A DNA stretch of 30,355 nucleotides from Candidatus Zixiibacteriota bacterium (GTDB taxonomy: Bacteria > RBG-13-66-14 > B26-G2 > WVWN01): positions 1 to 30,355 of the forward strand of contig JASFLY010000032.1 of the NCBI GenBank assembly GCA_050117845.1, read 5' to 3'. Position numbers and translations under genes: made by a program. The notes under the pieces were generated by a model. That model saw only the letters and a list, made by a program, of their open reading frames with translations. It made no database searches and was not told the origin of the DNA. Numbering within the stretch: the stretch's first letter is position 1; the number at the start of each line of letters is the position of its first letter. This document shows, in pieces, positions 11,529 to 20,529 of this stretch.

Positions 11529-12074
11529 ATGAAGAAGGGAATCGTAGTTTTGTTGGCCCTTACCGCGGTGGCGGCGTGGGCCACGGACGTTAATCCGTGG
11601 CAGGCGCGGAGCGACTCGACCAGCGGCCAACCGTCTGCGGCCTTGAGCGGGAACCAGGTAAAAGCCTTATGGGACGACGGCGACGCTCTGAATTCGACCC
11701 AGCTGAGTTATATCAGCGCGGACGAGGGGACGAAATATAACCCCGCCGGAAGCGACACCTGGAGTTGGATCATGGTCCGGTTGAAGCATGCCAACCCGGC
11801 CGATAGTTACACCCTTAACTGGGAGGCGTACACCGACTCCTATGACGATTACGGGATGTCCGTATACGTTTGGGACAACGCGAGTGAGAATTGGGACTGG
11901 TTGGACACCGGGCCGCAAGCCATCTTCACGACGGCCCGGACCGTTTCGTTGAGTTCGTCGTACTGGTATTGGAATTCGGACGAGAGCGCGTACGTTTGCC
12001 TGGTCCTGGTGGAAGGGCGGACCGTCGTGGGCGAACGGGACATGCACGTCGACGTCGTGGACGCCTCTTATTAA
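11529..12074 (+). CDS. Secreted hypothetical protein (beta-rich, Trp/Tyr/Asp-rich)
   Basis: AGGAGG SD; signal peptide MKKGIVVLLALTAVAAWA; followed by a terminator. Confidence 0.7.
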   Translation: MKKGIVVLLALTAVAAWATDVNPWQARSDSTSGQPSAALSGNQVKALWDDGDALNSTQLSYISADEGTKYNPAGSDTWSWIMVRLKHANPADSYTLNWEAYTDSYDDYGMSVYVWDNASENWDWLDTGPQAIFTTARTVSLSSSYWYWNSDESAYVCLVLVEGRTVVGERDMHVDVVDASY

Positions 12075-12112
12075 CGGCGTACCGATATCCCGTACGATTG
12101 AGTAACGATTAT

Positions 12113-12143
12113 CCCGGCCGGAGCGATCCGGCCGGGTTTTTTT
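12113..12143 (+). terminator. Intrinsic terminator
   Basis: CCCGGCCGGA-GCGA-TCCGGCCGGG-T7. Confidence 0.8.
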
Positions 12144-12170
12144 AAGGACGGCGGGAATGCCCGGTCTATC

Positions 12171-12196
12171 GTAGGGCCGGACCTTCAGGTCCGATC
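12171..12196 (+). repeat. GTAG-type REP-like palindrome
   Basis: GTAGGGC-CGGACCT-TC-AGGTCCG, similar to copies at 13159 and 13266-13291. Confidence 0.6.
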
Positions 12197-12373
12197 ACAA
12201 TAATATTTTATCCGATGTGTGGGCTTAAGGAAGTAGGGTGCCGATTGAGGTCCGGTAAGAACGCCGGTCTCACCCACGCGGACCTCGATTAATTCGGTCT
12301 GACTCCTGTCTTTTATGTTACCATATACATGATAATTAAACATAAGTATGACTACCAAAAAGGAGGCAAGAGA

Positions 12374-13048
12374 ATGGCCAAAGTACTGGGTCCCTGCGGC
12401 AAGAAGACCGCGCCCAAGGATATGGTCGAGGCGGCCGGCCCCACGGCTGCCGCGCCCGTGGCCGCGCCGTGCGACCGGCCTCACGTTCTTCGGCCCGGCG
12501 ACCGGGCGATGGACTTCGAGTTGACCGCCGTCGTGGGCGACGACATCACGACGGTCAAGCTTTCCGACTTCGACGGGAAGTGGCGCATCGTATGCTTCTA
12601 CCCGGCCGACTTCACCTTCGTTTGACCCACGGAACTGGGCGCAGTCGCGTCCGTTTACGACGAGCTTAAAAAGCTCAACGCCGAAGTCATAGCAATATCC
12701 TGCGATACCGAATTCAGCCACTGGATGTGGCGCAAAACCTCCCCCACCATCGAAAAAGTAGAATATGCAATCGCCTCCGATCCCGGCGGCGCCGTGGCCC
12801 GGGCTTACGGCGTTTACCTGGAGGACGAAGGCCTGGCGACGCGGGGACGCTTCTTAATAGACCCCGAGGGGGTAGTCCGCGCGGTCGAGATGCTGCCGCC
12901 GCCCGTGGGCCGGAGCACGACGGAACTACTCCGCCAACTCCAGGCGTTCCAGGCCGTGGACGCCAATCCCGGCAAGGCCGCGCCGGCCGGTTGGCAACCC
13001 GGCGACGCCCTTATCGAAACCGGCCTGGAATATATCGGGAAGTACTAA
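12374..13048 (+). CDS. prxU: Selenocysteine-containing peroxiredoxin (AhpC/Prx1 family, PrxU-like), 224 aa with Sec at UGA 12623-12625
   Basis: AGGAGG SD then ATG 12374. FYPADFTFV-[TGA]-PTEL places UGA exactly at the peroxidatic Cys. The frame continues without stops (VIAISCDTEFSHWMW, RGRFLIDPEG, VGRSTTELLR) into ORF 12725..13048. Confidence 0.92.
12626..12656 (+). promoter_or_regulatory. Putative bacterial SECIS element
   Basis: Stem GGGCGC/GCGUCC with AGUC loop starting 17 nt after UGA. An alternative fold is ACGGA/UCCGU plus ACUG-GGCG-CAGU. Confidence 0.65.
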
Positions 13049-13158
13049 GCGTTACCCGGCGATGGTTAAAACCGTCTCTGTCCGGACCCTCCCGCGGAAT
13101 AATCAGCATCGGCAAACGCAGGTTCGCCTAAAAACTATAATAGTATTATTACGCAACC

Positions 13159-13291
13159 GTAGGGGCCGGTCTTCAGACCGGCCCACCTTATCGGCCGGCA
13201 GGAATGCCGGCCCCACCGCCCGTACCTTCGGGTACGGCCGATTGGTTTTATTTAATATGAATCACGGGCCGACCTGAAGGTCGGCCCCTAC
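13159..13291. repeat. Inverted pair of GTAG REP-like palindromes enclosing two further hairpins (BIME/REPIN-like)
   Basis: GTAG-GGGCCGGTCT-TC-AGACCGGCCC (13159-13184); GGCCGGCA-GGAA-TGCCGGCC-CCAC (13193-13216); CCGTACC-TTCG-GGTACGG (13220-13237); GGGCCGACCT-GA-AGGTCGGCCC-CTAC (13266-13291). Confidence 0.7.
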
Positions 13292-13376
13292 AAATTCCAC
13301 CGACCCGCCGGCCGTCGGGTATGCGGGCGCGACCTTCTTTCTTTGCCCCGCCGGCCGGATATGTTAAATTAGTAAT

Positions 13377-14525
13377 ATGCGTGTCGGACGATTCCAGTCG
13401 TGGATAATCCTCTCGGCCGCGGCGGCCGCCCTCCTGGCCGGGGCGTGCAGCCGGGAGGTCGAGTGGCCGGGGGCGAGCCCCGAAGATTCGTCGGACGTAA
13501 TTTACGTCGTCGCCGAGGGCGAGGACGGCGCGGCCGTGCGGCCCGTCTCCGCGAAGGGTAAGGCGGAGGCGCCGGCCTTGACGGTGGACCCGGCCTCCGA
13601 GGTCGCCGTGTCGCCCGACGGCCGCTTTCTACTATACGGTTACGACAACGCCCTCCACGAGTACGAACTCGCCACCGGCGCCGACCGCGTCCTGGCGTCG
13701 TTCCCCGGCGGCTTCGCCCGCGAGAAGGGCACCGACGAGACCGGCGTCGCCAAGACGTTCGTCTGGCGCTGCGGCTGCCGTTTCCGGGACATACGTTTCG
13801 GCCCCGAAGGCCGCGTGGCCTTCCTCGTCGAGCCGACCGAGTGCGCGATGGCCGACGAGGACCCGGTGTCGCCCGCGGGCGAGCTCATGCCTCGCACGGC
13901 CTTCGTGTTGGACGCCGGAGCCTATGTCGTCGGAGACGGGGAGCCGGAGTACCTCGGGCCCACGCGGGCCATCTACGGCTATCCCGACGAGGCCACGCTG
14001 GTGCTCGAAAACCGTCTGACCGTCGCGCGCTACGAGTTCGCCGGCGGCACGGTGACGCCGCTTCTGCCGCCCGATTCCCACGAACTCGGCTGGCTGCCGC
14101 CGGCGGTCGTGTCCGGCGATAGCCTCATCGCGGCCTGCTCCCGGGCGGTGGAGAAGTCCGACCAGGAGATAGCGGTCGACATTTACGTCGTCAAGCTGGA
14201 CGGCTCGGGCCGGACCGCGGAGCCCCTTTTGACCTTCGTCGGGAACGCGCCGGCGACGCGGGTCGCGGCCTCGCCCGACGGCAAATACGCCGCGGTCGAG
14301 TGTTCGCCCCAGGTCTTCGGTAAGCCCCATATCGTCGCGGTCGACGTCGCGGGCGGGGACTATAAGACGCTGGTCGAGGGCGGCCGCCTGCTGCGCTTCG
14401 GCCGGGGCTCCGGCGGCGTGTTCTACGTCGCGGGGTCGGGGGTCAAGGGCGACGTCTACCTCGCCGGCCTGGACGGCCGGGCGCGGCGACTCACCGAAAC
14501 GGGCGACCTGCTCCCGTCGCCATAA
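13377..14525 (+). CDS. Lipoprotein with TolB/WD40-like beta-propeller
   Basis: Lipobox LLAGAC; repeated VSPDGR / FGPEGR / ASPDGK turns; ARRLT terminal strand. Confidence 0.7.
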   Translation: MRVGRFQSWIILSAAAAALLAGACSREVEWPGASPEDSSDVIYVVAEGEDGAAVRPVSAKGKAEAPALTVDPASEVAVSPDGRFLLYGYDNALHEYELATGADRVLASFPGGFAREKGTDETGVAKTFVWRCGCRFRDIRFGPEGRVAFLVEPTECAMADEDPVSPAGELMPRTAFVLDAGAYVVGDGEPEYLGPTRAIYGYPDEATLVLENRLTVARYEFAGGTVTPLLPPDSHELGWLPPAVVSGDSLIAACSRAVEKSDQEIAVDIYVVKLDGSGRTAEPLLTFVGNAPATRVAASPDGKYAAVECSPQVFGKPHIVAVDVAGGDYKTLVEGGRLLRFGRGSGGVFYVAGSGVKGDVYLAGLDGRARRLTETGDLLPSP

Positions 14526-14539
14526 TCTTAGCTCACCGG

Positions 14540-14577
14540 GCGCCGGCCTTGCGGCCGGCGCTTTCATTCGGTATAAT
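14540..14577 (+). promoter_or_regulatory. Hairpin overlapping the putative dnaE promoter
   Basis: GCGCCGGCC-TTGC-GGCCGGCGC-TTT hairpin; TTGCGG(14549)-17 nt-TATAAT(14572). Confidence 0.55.
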
Positions 14578-14586
14578 AGGCCTCGG

Positions 14587-17500
14587 GTGTTAGATTTGGT
14601 CGACTTTGCCCACCTTCACGTCCACAGCGAATATTCGTTCCTAGACGGTATGTGCCGCCCGGCCGCGGTGGCCCGGCGGACCGCGGAACTCGGCATGTCC
14701 GCCGTGGCGCTCACCGACCACGGCGGCGTCTTCGGGACGATCCCCTTCTACCGCGCCGCCCGGGAAGCGGGCGTCAAGCCCATCCTCGGCTGCGAACTCT
14801 ACGTCGCCCCCGAGGGCCGCTTCGTCAAGAAGGCCGGCCCCCGCGGCGAGGCCGGCGGCCACCTCGTCGTCCTAGCCGAGAACGACGTCGGCTACCGCAA
14901 CATCCTCAAACTCTCCGCCAAGGGATACCTAGAAGGCTTCTACTACAAACCCCGGGTGGACCGGGAGCTCTTGAGCGAGTTCAGCGAGGGCCTCATCGTG
15001 ATGTCGGCTTGCCTCAAGGGCGACGTGGCCCGGGCCATCGTCGGCGGGGACCGCGAGCGGGCCGGCCGCGTCGCCGGCGAATACGCCGACATCTTCGGCC
15101 CGGAGAACTTCTTCCTCGAGATGCAGGACCACGGCATCGCCGAACAGCATCGCGTGAATCGGGCCCTGCTCGAACTCGCGCGGAGCCACAACCTCAAACT
15201 GGTCGCCAGCAACGACGTCCACTACGTTAACGCCGGGGATTCCAAAGCCCACGACGTCCTGTTGTGCATCCAGACCGGGAAGAACCTGAGCGACACCAAC
15301 CGGATGCGCTTCGATACCGACCAGGTTTACCTGAAATCTCCCGAGGAGATGGCCGAGCTCTTCAGGGAGGTCCCCGCGGCGCTTGCCGAAACGGTCAACA
15401 TCGCCGAGCGTTGCAACGTCGAACTCGAGTTCGGCCGGGTGCGGCTGCCGCGCTTCGACGTTCCGGGCGGCGAGTCGGCTGGCGACTACCTCCGCCGGTT
15501 GGCCTACGAGGGGCTGGAGCGCCGTTTCCCCGATCCCCCGGAAAACTTGCGCGAGCGCGTCGAGTACGAATTGGGCGTACTGGGTCAAATGGGGATGGAA
15601 GCGTATTACCTCATCGTCTGGGACGTCGTTCGCTTCGCCCGGGACCGGGGGATCATGGTCGGCCCGGGCCGCGGTTCCGCGGCGTCGTCGCTCGTCGCTT
15701 ACGTAATAGGGATAACGGGCGTCGACCCCATGGAGCACGGCCTGGTCTTCGAGCGTTTCCTCAACCCCGAGCGCATCTCGATGCCGGACTTCGACATCGA
15801 CTTCGGCGACCGGCGCCGCGAGGAGATAGTAACCTATATTACCGAGAAGTACGGCCAGGACAACGTCGCGCAGATCATAACCTTCGGGACGCTGGCGGCG
15901 CGGGCGGCCGTCAAGGACGTGGGGCGGGTACTTCAGATCCCGTTCGCGGAAGCGGACATGATATCGAAAGAAATAAACCCCATGGCGCCCCTGGCGGAAT
16001 CCCTTAAGGATAACGCCGTTATTAAGCGCGAGTACGAGGAGAACCGCCGCGTCAAGGAGTGCATCGACCTCGCGCTCCAGCTCGAGGGGTTGACGCGCCA
16101 CCCCTCGGTCCACGCGGCCGGCGTCGTCATCGCGCCCGACGAGTTGACCAATTCCACCAGCCTCTACCGCGGTCGGAAGAACGAAGTCACGACGCAGTTC
16201 GACATGAACTCGGTCGAGTCCATAGGCCTTCTGAAGGTCGACGTGCTGGGCCTCAAGACTTTGACCGTCATCGAGGATACGGTGAAAGCCGTAGGCCGGC
16301 GGCGCGGCGTCGACCTCGACGTGGACAACCTGCCCTACGACGATAAAGCCACGTACGAACTCCTCCGGGCGGCGGACACCGACGGCGTGTTCCAGCTCGA
16401 GTCCGAGGGGATGCGGGACCTCTGCCGGCGCGTCCTGCCGCAGAACTTCAAGGAGCTTATTCCCATCCTTGCGCTCTTCCGGCCGGGACCCATGGGCTCC
16501 GGGGCCACGGAGCAGTTCATCGCCCGCAAGCACGGCCGCGACGACGCCCCCGCCATCCACCCGTCGCTCGAGCCCATCCTGGAGGACGCGTACGGCGCCA
16601 TCCTCTACCAGGAGCACGTCCTGAAGATAGCGAGCGAGGTGGCGGGCTACTCGCTGGGCCAGGCCGACATCCTCCGCCGGGCCATGGGCAAGAAGAAGCG
16701 CGGCGAGATGAAGGCCCAGCGCGACTCCTTTATCACCGGCGCCCAGGAGCGGGGGTACAGTCGCAAAGAGGCCGAGACCATTTTCGATACCGTAGCGCCG
16801 TTCGCCGAGTACGGCTTCAACAAGGCCCACACCACGGCCTACGCCGTCCTCTCCTACCGCACCGCGTACCTCAAGGCTAACTACGCGCCGGAGTTCATGG
16901 CGGCCCTTCTGACCTCGGAACAGGGCAACCCCGATAAAATCGTCCAGTACGTCAAGAGCTCCCGGCAAATGGGCATCGAGATCCTTCCGCCCGACGTCAA
17001 CATTTCCTGGTACAATTTCTGGGTGGAGGACGACGACTCCGTCCGCATGGGGATGGCGGCCATCAAGAACGTGGGCCGGTCGGCCATCGAGGAAATAATC
17101 GCGGCGCGGCAGCGCGGCGGGCCGTTCGAGGGCCTTACCGACTTCTGCAGCCGCGTCGACCTGCGGGCGGTGAACCGGGCCGTCATCGAGTCCCTGATCA
17201 AGGCCGGCGCGTTCGACTGCTTCGGGAAAGGCCGGGCCCCGCTCTACGAGGGCCTGGACGCCGCGCTGGAAGTGGGGAAGCGGCTAAGCCGGGACCGGGC
17301 CGCGGGGCAGGAGAGCCTACTGGGGGCGTGGGACGAGGAGGAAGAGGAAGAACAGCCGGCCGAGGTCGCCGAGGGCGACGAGTGGCACCACCTGGAACTG
17401 CTGCGCTACGAACGCGAACTCCTGGGCGTTACCATCTCCGGCCAGCCGCTGGACCGCTACCGGGAAATACTCGCCAGGAGCAACGCCGCGACCGTGGGCG

Positions 17501-18012
17501 ATATCCTGGCGGGACGGGCCCGTAAAAAGGTAAAAGTGGGCGGGATGGTAGGCCGGATAAAGACGATCGCCGACAAGAAGGGCCGGGAGATGGCGTTCTT
17601 CACGCTGGAGGACGACGGCGGCCTGGAGGTCGTCGCGTTCGCGGACTGCTACGCGCAATCGGAGTTCGTCATCTTCGTCGACCGGCCGGTTATGGTCGAG
17701 GGCCGGGTGCAAAAGGACGACAATACATATAAAATAATAGCGGACGAGGTGACCTCGCTCGAGGATGCCGAGTTCCGCTTCGCCCGGGAAGTGCACGTCA
17801 CCCTGCCGGAGAACGCCGACGGCGAACTCCTCGCGGACATGGAGAAGATAATAAGCCGCCACTCCGGCCGCTGTCCGCTGTTCTTCCACGTGCGGCGAAA
17901 CGGCCGGGAGGTCGTCATGCGGGCCCGGCCGGAATTCAGCTGCAAGCCCACGCGCCAACTCATCCGCTCGCTGGAACGCTTCGCCGGGCGGGGACAGGTT
18001 CAACTCGTTTAG
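14587..18012 (+). CDS. dnaE: DNA polymerase III alpha subunit
   Basis: PHP domain HLHVHSEYSFLDG and ALTDHG, GPGRGSAA, FERFLNPERISMPDFDIDF, YGFNKAH, OB fold. The exact start (GTG 14587 or TTG 14596) is uncertain. Confidence 0.98.
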   Translation: MLDLVDFAHLHVHSEYSFLDGMCRPAAVARRTAELGMSAVALTDHGGVFGTIPFYRAAREAGVKPILGCELYVAPEGRFVKKAGPRGEAGGHLVVLAENDVGYRNILKLSAKGYLEGFYYKPRVDRELLSEFSEGLIVMSACLKGDVARAIVGGDRERAGRVAGEYADIFGPENFFLEMQDHGIAEQHRVNRALLELARSHNLKLVASNDVHYVNAGDSKAHDVLLCIQTGKNLSDTNRMRFDTDQVYLKSPEEMAELFREVPAALAETVNIAERCNVELEFGRVRLPRFDVPGGESAGDYLRRLAYEGLERRFPDPPENLRERVEYELGVLGQMGMEAYYLIVWDVVRFARDRGIMVGPGRGSAASSLVAYVIGITGVDPMEHGLVFERFLNPERISMPDFDIDFGDRRREEIVTYITEKYGQDNVAQIITFGTLAARAAVKDVGRVLQIPFAEADMISKEINPMAPLAESLKDNAVIKREYEENRRVKECIDLALQLEGLTRHPSVHAAGVVIAPDELTNSTSLYRGRKNEVTTQFDMNSVESIGLLKVDVLGLKTLTVIEDTVKAVGRRRGVDLDVDNLPYDDKATYELLRAADTDGVFQLESEGMRDLCRRVLPQNFKELIPILALFRPGPMGSGATEQFIARKHGRDDAPAIHPSLEPILEDAYGAILYQEHVLKIASEVAGYSLGQADILRRAMGKKKRGEMKAQRDSFITGAQERGYSRKEAETIFDTVAPFAEYGFNKAHTTAYAVLSYRTAYLKANYAPEFMAALLTSEQGNPDKIVQYVKSSRQMGIEILPPDVNISWYNFWVEDDDSVRMGMAAIKNVGRSAIEEIIAARQRGGPFEGLTDFCSRVDLRAVNRAVIESLIKAGAFDCFGKGRAPLYEGLDAALEVGKRLSRDRAAGQESLLGAWDEEEEEEQPAEVAEGDEWHHLELLRYERELLGVTISGQPLDRYREILARSNAATVGDILAGRARKKVKVGGMVGRIKTIADKKGREMAFFTLEDDGGLEVVAFADCYAQSEFVIFVDRPVMVEGRVQKDDNTYKIIADEVTSLEDAEFRFAREVHVTLPENADGELLADMEKIISRHSGRCPLFFHVRRNGREVVMRARPEFSCKPTRQLIRSLERFAGRGQVQLV

Positions 18013-18024
18013 GGGGTCGATACC

Positions 18025-20475
18025 GTGCGCACGGCCGCGATATTGTTAGCCACCGTTTGTATCGTCGTTTCCGCCGCGGCGGCGGACCTTACGCTGATCG
18101 CCGTCGAGTTGGACCGGCCCGCCGACGCGTACGCGCTGCTGGGCCGGGACGTGCCCGTCGTCGAGGCCCGGCCGTCGTTCGCGCTGGCGCTCGTTCGGCC
18201 GTCCGAAGTCGCGGCCTTCGACGGCTACGACTTTCGCGACCTCGGGTCGCCGCCGGGGCCGGTGTACCTGGCGTGGCCGCGGCCGGGGCAGGAGTTGCCC
18301 GACGTGCCCGGCGTCACCGTTCTCGCACGCTTCGACGACGTGTACGTGGTGACGGGCGAAACGCCCGCGGTGGAGGAGTTGGCGGTCCGGGGCGCCGAGA
18401 TAAAACGGGTCGGCAGCGAACCCCTCAAGGCCGCGGCGCCGGCCCCCCTGCCGCCCGTGACCTACGACTCCCGCGTGGCGGGTTTAATTGCGCGCGTCCG
18501 GCCCGAACGATACATCGGACACATAGAGAACCTGGCCGCCGTATCCACGCGCTACTCCCACGCCGAGGAGATTGAAGAGGCCACGGCCTACATCGAGGAC
18601 CACTTTCGCTCCTGCGGCCTCGAGACGACGCGGCAGCGTTACGTCTACGAGCCGATGGACAACGACTACCTCTTCGACTGCGTCTTCCGGGCGGACGGGA
18701 GGCTGGGGTGGCTCGTGTCGGTGTGGGGGTACGTCTGGCGCACGGACGACGGCGGCGAGAGCTGGACCGCGTACAAGTCGGAGGGCCGGCTGTCCCAGGC
18801 CAAGTTTATTACGAACAACACCGGCTTCGCCGTGGGCGGCGCCGGGTACCTGGGGCGGACGGACGACGGCGGCCGGACGTGGCGTCAGCTTGCGCTGGAG
18901 GACCCGACGGACCGCCTGAGCGACATTTATTTTTACGATACCGACCTCGGCATGGCCGCGGGCCGCGACGGCGTGGCCTACCGAACGACGAACGGCGGCG
19001 CGACCTGGACGAGGATAACGACGCCCACGGACGAACTTATCATGGGCGTATACGCCGAGGCCGCCGACCGCTGGTGGGCCCTGGGAACCGAGGGCCTCGT
19101 AATGCGGTCGTACGACGGCGGCCTGAACTGGCAGATAATAGACGTCCCCGAGGCCACGGCCCACACCATGCGCCAGATGGACTTCGCCGACGCCACGCAC
19201 GCGACGATGGTCGGCTACGACGGGACCGTCCTCTACTCCGACGACGCCGGCGATACGTGGACCCGCGTGTCCGGGGAATTTCCGGAGTGGCCCTATTTCA
19301 CCGAAGTGGCGTTCGCGGACGCCTCCCGCGGTTGGGCCGTGGGGTCCGGCAACAGCGTTTTTAGGACCGACGACGGCGGCGCGACCTGGACCCGGCAAGC
19401 GCCCCCCGAAAACGACTACCGCACCTTCGAGGGGTTGTCGGTCGTGAGCCGCGACGAGGCGTGGGCGGTGGGGTACCCCTCGGCCGTTATCCGTACCACG
19501 GACGGCGGCGCGACCTGGGAAGAGCTGCACATAACGAACAGCGTTCCTATTATATGGGAAAACGTCGAGGCCACGCTTCCGGGGGTGACGAGACCGAACG
19601 AGGTCTACGTTCTCTGCGGCCATTTCGATTCCATATCCGAGGACCCCTGGAACCGGGCTCCTGGCGCCGAGGACAACGCCTCCGGCGTCGCGGCCGTGCT
19701 GGAGGCCGCGAGCGCGCTCGTCGGCTACCGCTTCGATAGCACCATCAAACTCGTCGCTTTCTCCGGCGAGGAGGAGGGACTCCTGGGCTCGCGGGCCTAC
19801 GTCCGGGAAGAGTACGAGGCCGGTGCCGACATCCGGGCCGCGCTCAACATGGATATGATATCCTACCTCGACGAACCGGTTTACGACGTCGAGGTCCGGT
19901 ACAATATAATCTCCGAAGATTTGCTTCGGGAATACGCCGAGGCCGCCCGGTGGTACGTCCCGGAATATATTATCAATCCGGTGACCGAGGGGCAGGGCGG
20001 CAGCGACCACGAGCCGTTCTGGGAGTTCGGCTATCCCGCGCTCCTCTCCATCGAGAACGCCGGCGTGGAGTTCTACCCCTGGTATCACACGATGGACGAC
20101 CTGCCCGAGCACCTCACGGCCGAGTACGGCGCGACGGTGACGCGGGTGAACCTGGCCACGGCGGCCTGCTTCGCGGGCCTGCGCGAGGGGCCGGCGCCGA
20201 CGTCGGAAGGGGTTATAGCCTACCCGAATCCGGCCCGGCCTTCCGCCGGCCACGACCGCGTTCGTTTCGCCAACCTCTCGCCGGGGAGCTTCGTTCGGAT
20301 ATACAACCTGGCGGGCGAGGAAGTGGTCCGCGGGCCGGCGGTGGACGGCGGCGGTTATTACGAGTGGCCGCTTACGACCTCGGGCGGCGAGGCCGCGGCC
20401 TCGGGCGTTTACGTCTTCGTCGTGGAGGACGCGGGCGGGGCCCGGACGACCGGGAAGGTGGCCGTCATCCGATGA
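18025..20475 (+). CDS. Secreted M28 family Zn peptidase with inserted YCF48/BNR beta-propeller and T9SS-like C-terminal domain
   Basis: Signal peptide; about seven RTxDGGxTW Asp-box repeats; M28 motifs CGHFDS, GAEDNASG, FSGEEEGLLGS, NMDMI, SDHEPF, YHT; tail AYPNP...IYNLAGE...ASGVY...GKVAVIR. Confidence 0.88.
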   Translation: MRTAAILLATVCIVVSAAAADLTLIAVELDRPADAYALLGRDVPVVEARPSFALALVRPSEVAAFDGYDFRDLGSPPGPVYLAWPRPGQELPDVPGVTVLARFDDVYVVTGETPAVEELAVRGAEIKRVGSEPLKAAAPAPLPPVTYDSRVAGLIARVRPERYIGHIENLAAVSTRYSHAEEIEEATAYIEDHFRSCGLETTRQRYVYEPMDNDYLFDCVFRADGRLGWLVSVWGYVWRTDDGGESWTAYKSEGRLSQAKFITNNTGFAVGGAGYLGRTDDGGRTWRQLALEDPTDRLSDIYFYDTDLGMAAGRDGVAYRTTNGGATWTRITTPTDELIMGVYAEAADRWWALGTEGLVMRSYDGGLNWQIIDVPEATAHTMRQMDFADATHATMVGYDGTVLYSDDAGDTWTRVSGEFPEWPYFTEVAFADASRGWAVGSGNSVFRTDDGGATWTRQAPPENDYRTFEGLSVVSRDEAWAVGYPSAVIRTTDGGATWEELHITNSVPIIWENVEATLPGVTRPNEVYVLCGHFDSISEDPWNRAPGAEDNASGVAAVLEAASALVGYRFDSTIKLVAFSGEEEGLLGSRAYVREEYEAGADIRAALNMDMISYLDEPVYDVEVRYNIISEDLLREYAEAARWYVPEYIINPVTEGQGGSDHEPFWEFGYPALLSIENAGVEFYPWYHTMDDLPEHLTAEYGATVTRVNLATAACFAGLREGPAPTSEGVIAYPNPARPSAGHDRVRFANLSPGSFVRIYNLAGEEVVRGPAVDGGGYYEWPLTTSGGEAAASGVYVFVVEDAGGARTTGKVAVIR

Positions 20476-20529
20476 TAAGGCGGGGAGGTTAGTACGGACC
20501 GGCCGGCCCATTCCCGGTGGCTCGAGAGG

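Noticed and set aside
12312..12346. PerR/Fur-type operator upstream of the peroxiredoxin (TTATGTT...AACATAA)
   Set aside because: It is a short AT-rich inverted repeat with a long spacer that does not match known boxes well and is plausible by chance.
12329..13048. Peroxiredoxin pseudogene or two separate genes
   Set aside because: The only interruption is a UGA at the catalytic Cys position with a downstream hairpin, which fits selenocysteine recoding.
14587..18012. Intein or split dnaE
   Set aside because: The length is normal, the motifs are continuous, and there is no intein or homing endonuclease signature.
14929..20511. Long antisense and alternative-frame ORFs (679 aa, 675 aa; also 2908..4464 and others)
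   Set aside because: These are shadow ORFs of GC-rich genes with no recognisable motifs, fully overlapping well-supported CDSs.
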